Assembly (NCBI GenBank): GCA_010015805.1
Contig: ML978130.1
Coordinates: 1,116,001 to 1,180,000 of the forward strand
Length of the DNA: 64,000 nt
DNA from: Rhizodiscina lignyota
Taxonomy: Eukaryota
Direction: 5' to 3'
The notes beneath the pieces were generated by a model. That model was not told the DNA's origin. It saw only the letters and a list, made by a program, of their open reading frames with translations, and did not search any database. Position numbers and translations under genes: made by a program. This document shows, piece by piece, positions 36,811-47,432 of the stretch. Within the stretch, counting starts at the first letter, position 1. Each line of letters starts with the position of its first letter.

Positions 36811-37749
36811 ATGGAATATACCACCGAATCTCACTCGCAGCCAAATGTTCGCCCACCGCGGATCTTCGAACGACTGAGCCAATGTGTTGTTTTATCATCT
36901 CCCGTACCGCATCAACCGTACATAAATCAAGGCGAGCCTGAACTGATCGTGTTCTGCTCTTGGATGGGAGCCGCTCCTCGACATATCCGGAAGTATGCCG
37001 AACACTACAGCGAAACGTATCCGCATGCTGCAATCCTTCTCACCACTACGTCAGTGGCGGACATGCTCCTCCGTCCTGATTCGCATCAACTGCAGAGACT
37101 CAAACCTGCAGTTGACAGGATCAAAAGGACCATAGCAGAAGCTTCTGCCATGCAGAGGAAACCGAGGATCCTGTTCCATGTATTATCGAATGGTGGCGCT
37201 CATACAGCATGTGGAATCGCCGAAGCATTGCATAAGGAGCTATGCAGGCCGGTGCCTGTCACTGCAATGGTACTGGATAGCTGTCCTGGACGCGGGGACT
37301 TTATGCGCTGTGTCCAAGCGATAAGTGTCAACCTTCCAAGGTCACCTGCTCTTTATGTTATTGGTATCGTCGCAGTCTACACCCTGCTTGCATACCTTTG
37401 GCTCCTCGGCCATCTCCTGGGCTGGGCAAACGTCATCGAGCGAGCGCGGCGGCGGCTGAATGACGAGAGCCTGTTCGACTCCAGAGCTCCTCGACTCTAT
37501 GCGTATTCGAAGGCTGATCGAGTCATCGGTTGGAACGATGTGAAAACACACGCCGACGATGCGTTAAGGCGCGGCTGCGACATAGTGGAGATGCAGTACG
37601 ATAACAGTGCCCACGTCTGTCTTGTACGCGATAATAGCAAGCTGTACTGGGCCGCAGTCAAAGGAATATGGATGATCGGGTTCAAAACCTTGCACGCGGC
37701 AGCTATAACGTTCGTATTCCCAATCCCTGCAAGGCTGAGTTCATTCTAA
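36811..37749 (+). CDS. DUF829 / TMEM53 / PaxU-like alpha/beta-hydrolase-fold protein
   Basis: Motifs CSWMGAAPRHIRKY, HVLSNGG, LDSCPG, RLYAYSKAD, SAHV. Confidence 0.88.
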   Translation: MEYTTESHSQPNVRPPRIFERLSQCVVLSSPVPHQPYINQGEPELIVFCSWMGAAPRHIRKYAEHYSETYPHAAILLTTTSVADMLLRPDSHQLQRLKPAVDRIKRTIAEASAMQRKPRILFHVLSNGGAHTACGIAEALHKELCRPVPVTAMVLDSCPGRGDFMRCVQAISVNLPRSPALYVIGIVAVYTLLAYLWLLGHLLGWANVIERARRRLNDESLFDSRAPRLYAYSKADRVIGWNDVKTHADDALRRGCDIVEMQYDNSAHVCLVRDNSKLYWAAVKGIWMIGFKTLHAAAITFVFPIPARLSSF

Positions 37750-38914
37750 TTTATCTTTCCTGTTAGCATGCCCACTTCTCCGACACCAGTTTCGCCAGTG
37801 TCCGCAACTCCAAATAAACGATACTCTGCTGTCACTTTCGCGGATGGGTCATCGTCTCCAATGCTCCTATCACCAGGCTCCGCTACCCTAGTGGATCGAA
37901 ATTCGATTAATTTTGCACCAAATCGGAACTCGGGAGCCTCGTTTTCGGACATACGTAGTTCTCCGGTACCCATTTCACCAATGTCCGCATCACTGGCAGA
38001 CCGAGATTCGGCAGCAACTTTGCTAGGAAGTAATTCGAGCCATGCAGATAAAAGAACTACCATATAAATAGAATGGATAATGGTGCAAACGAAACTATAA
38101 TAATTTACGCTTAAATCACCGGTCATACCGCGTGGGTGGTGACTCGGCGGCTGGTGGCGAATACCACTAAAGCTGGAGCGCATTGACGTCAATTCCGCAG
38201 GCTGTATAGGCCAACACCAAAAGAAGAAATCGTTGAGTCAATTCAAATCTTGTCTAGCTGAAGGACTTGCTGCAAGACGGTCTGGAGTACATCCCACGGA
38301 GCGTGGCTTATGAGGTCAAGTAGTACGTGAGAGAAGACAGAGACTGCAAGCAGACTGGAATGCTTAGAAGAGACAGCATGATTGAAAAATAGGAAATTAG
38401 AACTCTGCACGGAATCGGGAATATTGATAGATACGCGGAGACTACTCCGTATTTCGCAGGTGGAATAATCTCACTTTACCTGTGTAATAGCAGTGGAAGC
38501 TCGATTTCTATAAAAAGTTGGCAGTAGTACATACCTCAAGCAGTCATCGCCTCACTGCATGAAGCCACAAGAGCTATCAGCCCTACGGGGCGGTACCTGA
38601 ATGAAACGCTCACTACCGATACCTGAGAAGCTTTGCCTTTAAGTAGCGCCGACGATATGCTTGGGACGTCTTAAACAATTGCCGCATCAAGACAACGGGG
38701 CTGAGAGAACGGTCGAGACGAATCCCTAATACTATGATATGAAGACTTCGGAGGTAGAGTGATAATTGGTGACAAGGTTTCAGTCCACGTGACAGGCTTG
38801 GCGGCGGAAGATTAATTTGCCGATCTACCGATTCACGTTTATGCTTTGACGCGTTCAATTGCGCAACAAGCTCAACTTCTCCCACCTCTCTCACTTCACA
38901 CACGCAATGCGAAG

Positions 38915-40888
38915 ATGGCAGCGCATCAGCTTACTATAGCGAAAGCTGCTTTCACAGCAGGCCTTTTGCGGCCTGACCCATCTTCGATACCGGTCACGAA
39001 AAATGAAGTTAATAACTTCCTATCACTCCTCGATACTGCGCTCATGCAGTGCTCGCCCGCAAACATTCAGGTTTGGCCTAAACACGCCGCTTTTCGTAGG
39101 GGCAAACTAAACTCCGTGGATTAGAACTGCAAATCATGGGTGTTGACCAACATTACCACGTCTGGCGCGAGAATCGGGGCGTTCGGGAAATACTTGACTG
39201 CTCTGTCTCGCTCATTCACAATTCCCTCGGAGGCTAAGGGAATAGAAGCAAAAACATCGAAGCCTGCGAAATCGCTCCACAAGAAAACTCTACATGCGCT
39301 GTATCTCCTGAATGAGCTGTTCCACCACTCCAAACACCATGACAAACGCGCGCATGCTGCCTTGCTGAGCAACTTGCAACCGAACCTCGTCGAACTCGTC
39401 TCCTTAACGGCATCGGCAAACCCGCAGAAGAACCGAACACTGCATCGGAAAATCAAGGAGCTCCTAGACATATGGGCTGCCCGTGGCTATTACGCGGAGG
39501 AGTACATTGGCAAGTTGAGGGAAGCTGCCGAGAATGCTGCAAAAGCAGGCTCTGATGCTGCGGTCAAGGGCACCACTGGAGGTGCCTTGCTGGCGGGCGA
39601 CGGCAAGCTGGCACAGGACAGCTCTAAGAACATTGCGAATCGCGATCGTCCGTATGTTATGCCTGCCCTTCATGGAGATAATGCTACCACATTTCACGAT
39701 CTTCCAGCTGGAAATATGTTACCGCACGTCGTTCCACGCTCGCGACGTCCCTTCTCGAGTCGCCTCGTTAGGTCCATGCAATTTGTTGCAGGTCCAGCCG
39801 ATTCATATACTGTCGACGCTCTCAAGGATATGCTCGGACACACCGATCGCATCCACAACAGAACTATCCCAGAGGACGAAGGAATCGTTGCGGACATTGC
39901 TGAGATGGGTCAACATGTTGCTGCCGAAGATGGCTCCAGTGATTTCCCTATCAACGAAGCCTATTTTGGTTTCTCGCGTGAATTCTGCTCGGGCATCAAG
40001 AACCGCAAGCGAGAGAAACCTGCGGAGAAGCACGAAAACGAACGTGGTAGGAGTATCAGTCGCAGTCGCAGCCGAAACAGGAGCGAGACCCCGAGAAAGC
40101 GGATGAGGTATGACTCATCCAGGTCGCGAAGGTCGAGTCAAGTATCATATGGAAGTCAAAGACCGAGCCAGGGACCAAGTCGGGCCCCTAGTCAGGCATC
40201 AAGTCGACCATCGAGTCGCATGTCGAGTCGTAGATCGAGCTTTCGGTCAAGGTCACGCTCCCGTCCACGATTCGGCCGCTATGACGAAGGCAGATCCCAT
40301 CACTCATCGAGGGACTCTCGCTCACGATCCCCTCATCGTGGATTCCGTCATCTACGCTCACGCTCCCGAGAGCGCGTGCACGGAAGTGATCGCGAGAGGC
40401 CTCGTTCACCCCCTTCCTCAGACTTCCGACGTCCTCCTCCACAGCAACGTGCTCCTCAATCGGCATTTACTCCAACCGCACCCTTAGGCCCCTCACGTCA
40501 ATATGCGTCGAGCCCTCCATTCACGGCTCCTTTCCCAATGCCTCTAGGCCTGAATGGCATGCCGATCCCTCCTCCACCACCGCCAGGCTACCAAGGCCCA
40601 TGGCCACCACCGCCACCGCCGATGTCGGAACCTGGAAACTTCAATCCGCATGGTATGGGCTATCAGCAGCAGGGCTTCGTGCCACCACCACCACTGCCGC
40701 ATCACCAGAACATGGGAATGGGCTTCCAGATGCCAGGTGGTCCTCCCCCTCCTCCCCCACCACCACCGCCGATGGGTCAGTGGGACAATCGCATGAATCA
40801 GGGACAAGGATATGGCGGCTACGGAGGTGGCGGATACAGAGGCAGAGGAAACGGAGGCAGGGGCAGGGGAAGAGGAAGATTCCATTGA
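38915..40888 (+). CDS. CID (RNA polymerase II CTD-interacting) domain protein with RS-, Pro- and RGG-rich tail
   Basis: Intron 39071-39124. Motifs CSPANIQ|NCKSW, LHALYLLNELFHH, LLDIW. Long RS/poly-Pro region and C-terminal RGG repeats. Confidence 0.88.
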
Positions 40889-41228
40889 TGGGATATTACG
40901 GTTGACGAGGTGTATGCGTGCGGACGAGATGAAGTTCAAGATGACAGGTAGTGAGCCGGAAGATGTCAATGGCTTGGATGAAGTTTGGAGATGTTGATGT
41001 TGAGTTGGATAAGGTATACGGTGCAGCTAAAGATGAAAAAATGCAGGTGATGAGCTGGAGGACGAAAACGGTTCCGATGAAGTTTTCAATCTCGAGTCGT
41101 GTGAAGCCACGGCTTCAATGGTATACCATGGGCATTCATCGTGTATTGATAAGGCACTTGCAAAGTGTACGATGGTGGGATGGATGCCTCTAAGCATAAA
41201 AACATTTCTATCAAACCAACTGTGCTGA

Positions 41229-41560
41229 TCAACCGTTGCTATCATTCTTTCCTTCCTCCTCCCGCCTCCGCTTTCTATGACGGATCAGTAAGAGCACAAG
41301 GACCGCCAGAATGAGCAACACAATGCCTCCGGTAACTGCACCTACAATGATCCCCGGATTGACCTTATGTGATGTTTGAACGGCGCCTGTGTCCGTTTCA
41401 CAGGATCGGTAGCTTCTGTGCGAGGAGTCGAGGTCGAGGTTGAGGTTGGGGACACAGTAGTAGATACTATGGTTGATGGATTTGGTACGATGCTGATTGC
41501 CTGACATGAGATGGACTGGTACTGGCTTGCTGGCAAGCTGGTTCCTTCTATTGTCTAATT
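41229..41560 (-). pseudogene. Degraded single-pass membrane protein gene (Ser/Thr stalk + TM)
   Basis: Ser/Thr-rich segment (STTVSPTSTSTST) and TM plus basic stop-transfer segment (GIIVGAVTGGIVLLILAVLVLLLIRHRKRRR) lie in different frames. Upstream frame has TAG stops. Confidence 0.45.
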
Positions 41561-42049
41561 AGGCTAGCGCAGTGCGGGGCTGCCCCGCTGTCGAAGTGAT
41601 ATCAGCTAGGCAGTTGGAGTGTGAAGATCTGAATTAGACAGCAGAACGCCAGCCAGCACTTGTTGAGGTCCTTGTCTAGGACTTTTGCCCTCAGCGGACA
41701 GCACATTGCCCATCTGGGGCGCTGTTCCCTTCTGAAGCTTCGCTGGAGGGCCTTACCGCCCAGAACTCCACCTCAACCACTCAAGCAACTGATAGATAGG
41801 ATAATGCCTACCTGGGCCGATCATGAAGCTATGAGAAGCCTACCCCGCTATCCGAATGCTGGGCAGAGGGACCGACGCACCCTATGTACACATAAGACCG
41901 GCAGCCGCTCGGCTAAGCAGTATACGGGACACCTTGTGAAGGTTTCAGTAATAAGTACTGACCCGGGGGATCGATGCTTCTCCCCTTCATCTTGACCTTT
42001 TGCCCTGCACTGATCTCGAAGGAGCAAATCGTGATCGCCAGTACCCATA

Positions 42050-43129
42050 ATGTCCATCCGTCAGTACAAAGCCGCCATCTCTCAAGCAGAGCCTTGCTGG
42101 TTCGACCTCGAAGGAGCCGTGAATCGTACAATCGAACTCATCGAAGAAGCTGCAGCCAATGGCGCCCTACTCCTCGCAACGTCAGAGGTTTGGATTCCTG
42201 GGTATCCAAACTTCCTATGGGGAGGTACATACAGCGAGAACATTCCTCTGGTCCAGAAATACATGAAAAACAGCATGACAGCCCATGGACCAGAAATGCT
42301 ACGCATCCGTCAAGCCGCAGCAGCAAATCGAATCCATGTCGTTCTCGGCTTCAGCGAACGAGTATTCAGCTCGCTTTATCTCGCCCAGGTCTTAATTGAT
42401 GATGAAGGAGACGTTCTTTTGCACCGACGAAAGATCAAGCCTACGCATCTCGAACGTACTCTGTTCGGTGATTCGACCGGCGACTCTCTGCAGACAGTTG
42501 TCGACACGAAGCTTGGGAAAATCGGCATGCTCAATTGCTGGGAGCACTTTCAACCACTGCTAAAATATCATACCTATGCACAGAACGAGCAAGTCCATAT
42601 CGCAGCCTGGCCGTACAACGGCGATGCTCTTGGAGACGAGCCGTGGTCGGTTTGCAACGAAGCCAACGAAGTTACCGCGAGCCGAATGTATGCTCTCGAG
42701 GGACAATCTTTTGTTCTCGTCACGAATCAACCAATTTCTGAGAAGGGGTTGGCCAAGAACACGGAGACGCATGCATCGACGGGCAAGTCTTTCTCGTGCG
42801 GTGGAGCGGGAGGTGGTGCCGCGAAAGTCTACGCTCCAGATGGCCGCCAGCTTACCGAATCGGTGGATCCGTCATTTGACGGGCTTATCTATTGCGATAT
42901 CGACTTGGACGAGATTGACAAAGCGAAGACTCTTGCAGATCCTGTCGGTCATTACTCTCGCCCTGACTTACTTCGACTCGTCATTGATGACGTGCCGAAA
43001 CATTACGTTGAGAGAGCTGATGGAAAGCCGCCTGCCACTCTTACTTCCGCATTCAAGCCGTTGGGAGAGACTGCTTCTGGGTTTGAAAAAGGCAAAGGCA
43101 AAGCATTGGCAAACGGAATGAGCCATTGA
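42050..43129 (+). CDS. Nitrilase (arylacetonitrilase/aliphatic nitrilase type)
   Basis: Catalytic triad contexts SEVWIPGYP, RRKIKPTHLER, LNCWEH. C-terminal DPVGHYSRPDL. Confidence 0.95.
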   Translation: MSIRQYKAAISQAEPCWFDLEGAVNRTIELIEEAAANGALLLATSEVWIPGYPNFLWGGTYSENIPLVQKYMKNSMTAHGPEMLRIRQAAAANRIHVVLGFSERVFSSLYLAQVLIDDEGDVLLHRRKIKPTHLERTLFGDSTGDSLQTVVDTKLGKIGMLNCWEHFQPLLKYHTYAQNEQVHIAAWPYNGDALGDEPWSVCNEANEVTASRMYALEGQSFVLVTNQPISEKGLAKNTETHASTGKSFSCGGAGGGAAKVYAPDGRQLTESVDPSFDGLIYCDIDLDEIDKAKTLADPVGHYSRPDLLRLVIDDVPKHYVERADGKPPATLTSAFKPLGETASGFEKGKGKALANGMSH

Positions 43130-43636
43130 ATGCGATATGCTTTGTGAAACGGCACTACCGGACCAAGATGTCGACGAACGAGAGATGATGTTGTATATAC
43201 CTGTTCCTTCATGTTTCCGAAGATACGAATTACGATTGATGTTCTCGCTCACAGATTAGATTTGAATATATCGTATCACCTGTCAAGACGCTTAGGCAAA
43301 TGCTCTCCATAGCCTCGCTCTTCTATTCGAAGTCACCGTGCTGGGTGTGCATTCCTTGACTTGTTAGTGCCAGCTTCTTGAGGCTGCCTACCTATGTCTT
43401 CTCTTCCTTTTAGAGTTGCTAAGTAAACATTTACACCACAATTTGTATTAGTTCTCAACTCAATTGGATGCTGGCTTCTCAAGCGAGGACTTGCCAAAAA
43501 AGCATCGCATCCAGCCATCAGCCTGGATAGGCAATGATAGCAAATGTCGTCCTCGATTAAGAAACCGAGTTACACCCACGGAAGTCAGTCACTGTTTCGC
43601 ATATCGACATCTGGAGCTCTGGTTGAACTCGCGCGA

Positions 43637-44278
43637 CGGTTCCGGCCTTCACAGCAAGTAGCTCAAGGAACGAGATGCGATGAGTTTCTACGAAGTGGCT
43701 AGAGTGCTAAGGATCGAGACCAGGCCGGCTAGATATTTGTGGCATTTCTAGAATAGGGGTCAGGCGGGCAGGTACCATCCTGAATCGTATTGGTTTCAAC
43801 GTATTCCCGCCTGTATACACTGCCTGTCTTCTATTACATCTAATGTGGATTACTGGATAGCCACTTGAGCAGTTTGGATAGTTAGGATTGAGGGAATAGC
43901 TAAATCATCGGCAGTTAAGCGCATAAGACAATACACCGGCTCCGGAGATATATGCAGAGCTACGGAGTCTGTCTGGCGGCTCCGATTAGGACCCCGAACC
44001 GCTTACTCTTGGTCTCGGTGTGAGCCAGTGTCGCGGACAGATAAAGCTGGCCTTTCGTTAGATCTTCGAGCTCTGAAGCTTTTCATCTTCATTTGTGCAA
44101 TTTGCAGCACCGGAAGCATCAGAGTTTCTCGGAGATAACCAAGTAACCTCATTGACCAGCTGAAATAGGCAAGGAGACTCGGCCGATCCAGATTACCGTA
44201 TCAGGAAATTCCAGGAAAGTCCGTCCGAAGAGGCCATCGAAGTTGATACATACTGTATGTCTTTGATGGACGGTTCCG
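43637..44278. promoter_or_regulatory. Four CGGYTCCG inverted-triplet motifs, candidate Zn2Cys6 binding sites
   Basis: cggttccg at 43637, cggctccg at 43937, cggctccg at 43977, cggttccg at 44271, upstream of the SDR. Confidence 0.5.
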
Positions 44279-44418
44279 AATTACATGGCGACAGATTGGA
44301 AGCCTTGTGAAAATGGATGGGAGCAGAATTCACATATAAGAACCGGGCTCGCTGCTACGGAAGAGTTCGCTGCAATTTCCATCTTTCAATCGTAACAACT
44401 GCAACAAATCTATCAATA

Positions 44419-45269
44419 ATGGCTTCGAATTCGATCCTCTTCATTACTGGTGCCAATACCGGTCTTGGCTTCGAAACCATAAAAGCATTATGCCACTCGT
44501 CAACAGCATACACGATTTTGCTTGGTGGCCGGAACTTGCAGAAGGCCAAAACTGCTGCAGAAGCGGCACGAAGAGAATTCCCAGAGAGCCGCAGCATCAT
44601 AACTCCGGTTCAAATAGATATTGAGGACGATGATTCGATTCGTGAAGTGTTCGATCGTATTTCTTCGAAATATGGGCGCCTCGACATCTTGATCAATAAC
44701 GCAGGCAGATATCACCCGATCATCCTTCAAAACTGCTAATGACTGACTTATATGCAGGATCACAGCTCGACCAACAGTTTAAAAATGGCACTATGTCGAT
44801 GCGAGATATGTGGAACAAGTCCTGGAGTGTCAACACTACTGGAACTTTCATTCTCACGCATACTTTTGTGCCACTGCTGTTGAAAGCTGTGGATCCGAGA
44901 CTCCTCTTCATCACAAGCGGCACGTCGACACTTGCCGAAAGTGGAAATACAGCGCTGCCTGTTAACAAACCTCTTGCCAAAGGCTGGCCGAAGCAATCTC
45001 TGGGAATCCCAGCCTACCGGTCCGCAAAGACGGGGATGAACATGATGATGCGCCAGTGGGTTCGAATTCTGGGAGAAGACGGTGTCAAGGTTTGGTGCAT
45101 TTCGCCGGGATATCTGGCAACTGGACTTGGTGGCAGCCTAGAGATGAATAAGAAGATGGGCGCACAGGACCCGACAATCGGAGCTCACTTTATACGGGAC
45201 GTAGTCGAGGGCGCTCGGGACCAAGATGTCGGAAAAGTTATCCGGAAGAACGATATACAACCTTGGTAA
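44419..45269 (+). CDS. Short-chain dehydrogenase/reductase
   Basis: TGANTGLG, DILINNAG, catalytic YRSAK, ISPGYLAT. Intron 44705-44757 (GC-AG). Confidence 0.9.
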
Positions 45270-45479
45270 ATTGAATATGGAGTTGCGATTGCTATTATTA
45301 ATATCTACATAGTGCTTCAGCAGAGTCTAGATGCTTGTCAGTTCCCGTTTCTCACCACATTAACTGACAAACGTCATGGTGTGCTTCACCGCGCGCACTG
45401 AGCTCTCTAAACGACTAAAAGCCTTTCCCTTCCATCTGGTACTATTTTTCAACGTCACAGAGTTCTTCAATCCGGTCCT

Positions 45480-46754
45480 TTACCAGCCATAGTCTGGCAA
45501 CTTCCATTCGTCGTCCGTCCCCTCGCCGAGCAATTGCGCGAATCTGTGGAAGCCGACGAAGGTTACAACTCTCATTGTCGTTCTTAAGATACCGATACCA
45601 AAACGAGTTTGTGGACTGGCCATCTGCGGGAATCCCGGTGGCATCTTCTCATGCTTGCTCACCAACGGTCGTAGGATCTCCTCATGCCGCGTTAGTGCTG
45701 CCGCGATGTCGCCTTGTTTGCTTGAGGCCACTTTTGACAACTCTCCCGCGACTAAATACGCTCCAATCATAGCTAGGCTGGTGCCCATACCCATAATGCA
45801 GTACGCGCTATCCCCTACCAAGACGCATCTCCCTTTGCTCCACTTTGGTGTTCTGACTTGGGCCGTTTGTTGCATGTAAAAGTCGTCCGCGAGATCCATA
45901 GCGTCGAGAGCACGCTCGGACTGGAAGCCAGCGCCCGCGAACTTCGCACGCATGTAAGCCTTTTGCGCAGGGACCCCCTTGAGGAGCGCTTCGTCAAGCT
46001 CTGGCATTCGCTCCCTCTTCGAATTTGTGACGGTGAGATAAATTCCCATCGTAGTCTTGTTGCGATGCGGACGGATGTGGATACCAATGCCACCAGGCGC
46101 GACATACCAGCGCCATATATCAGTATCACCCTCCACGCGCGGCGCAGTAAAGAAGGCGATATACTGCCCCATGGGCTTAATGGATTCCTGAGACGCATCT
46201 TCTCCAAAAATCATGCTCCGCGTCTTTGATGACATCCCATCCGCTGCGACGACAGCATCAAACTTTTGCGTGGTGAGCTTCCCATTTGCAAACTTCACCT
46301 GCACGCCGTCGTCGCTCTCTTCGAGCGACTCGATGCTCTCGCCATACACGATGTGCACATTTGCTCCTTCAGTTTCTTTAGCAACTTCCACCTCTTCAAG
46401 CAGTAGACTCGCCAATTCGCCCCGCAGAATCTCGAACTCGCTCGTTGGGCTCTTGTTATTGCTAGTCATGTCGAATTGCGCGAAAGGTTCGCCATTGGCG
46501 CCGACGAACGCGATTCCTGTTTCGCTCGTGTGTCGCTGTTTGATCTTCTCTTCAAGCCCAAGAAGGCGAATCACCGGTATGGCAGGGCCACGGATGTCAA
46601 TGGCTTGGCCGGTAGTGCGCGGTGTTGATGAGCGCTCGACGAGTGTGATGTTAGGCTTGGGACTGAAGGAAGGATGGCGTGCCAGCATGAGGGCGAGGGA
46701 GGAGCCGGCAATACCTTGACCGGATATGAGGATTGAAAGAGGTTTGCGAGACAT
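45480..46754 (-). CDS. FAD-dependent monooxygenase
   Basis: ILISGQGIAG, RTTGQAIDIRG, VVAADGMSSKTR (DG motif), CVLVGDSAY (GD motif), GTSLAMIGAYLVAGEL. Confidence 0.93.
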   Translation of the reverse strand: MSRKPLSILISGQGIAGSSLALMLARHPSFSPKPNITLVERSSTPRTTGQAIDIRGPAIPVIRLLGLEEKIKQRHTSETGIAFVGANGEPFAQFDMTSNNKSPTSEFEILRGELASLLLEEVEVAKETEGANVHIVYGESIESLEESDDGVQVKFANGKLTTQKFDAVVAADGMSSKTRSMIFGEDASQESIKPMGQYIAFFTAPRVEGDTDIWRWYVAPGGIGIHIRPHRNKTTMGIYLTVTNSKRERMPELDEALLKGVPAQKAYMRAKFAGAGFQSERALDAMDLADDFYMQQTAQVRTPKWSKGRCVLVGDSAYCIMGMGTSLAMIGAYLVAGELSKVASSKQGDIAAALTRHEEILRPLVSKHEKMPPGFPQMASPQTRFGIGILRTTMRVVTFVGFHRFAQLLGEGTDDEWKLPDYGW

Positions 46755-47089
46755 TTTGGTATACTGAAATAGGTGGATGCGAGTACAAAGCAAAACCTTG
46801 TGCTGTGGGTTTAACAGGGGGCAATGCTTCACATTCGAAGAACTCGAGAGAGGCCTCGATCAACGAGACACTATGGTATCGAGCACATACTTATCACTTC
46901 AGAGGCCTGCAGATAACACGTCTCTTCAAACCGAGAACTGCTTCAAGTTTGTAGCGCACATTCTAAACTCTCGATTTTGAGCACTGAGTCAATGATGTCA
47001 AGACAAAGTACAGTACCATGCATATTGCATACGATATGCAGGGTCCGATCGCGAGGCAGAAGCTCGAAGGGTAGAACTTGTTTCGCCTT

Positions 47090-47097
47090 CGGCTCCG
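47090..47097. promoter_or_regulatory. CGGCTCCG motif in the divergent monooxygenase/regulator promoter
   Basis: Same motif as the array at 43637-44278. Confidence 0.35.
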
Positions 47098-47432
47098 CCA
47101 CGAAGAGAAATCTTAGGAGCGGTGGATAGTTATAACCCGGAAACCCGTATATACCACCCGAAGGCCCGAGTTAAGGCAGTGATGAGGCTAAGCTTAAACA
47201 AGATTAGGATAGAGCGGACCCACATCAAATCCTACGCTTTGTCCAACTCAGCAATAGACATGTCAGGGGCCAGGGGAGTTCAGCCGCATCATTACGGGGT
47301 GAAAGGTGTCCGATTCTCTATCGTCAAAACTTAGAACTACTCTGTCCGAGCAGATGAGGCTCTGCACACTTGAACCGCAACCTCTTTCCGCCGCAAACTT
47401 CAAATCACCAAGCCGTCTACCATTCCCGCTAC

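Noticed and set aside
36811..37749. PaxU-like gene as evidence of an indole-diterpene cluster
   Set aside because: DUF829 proteins are widespread, and there is no GGPP synthase, prenyltransferase or cyclase in the window.
40040..40888. Repetitive DNA in the CID gene
   Set aside because: Explained by RS, poly-Pro and RGG coding low complexity.
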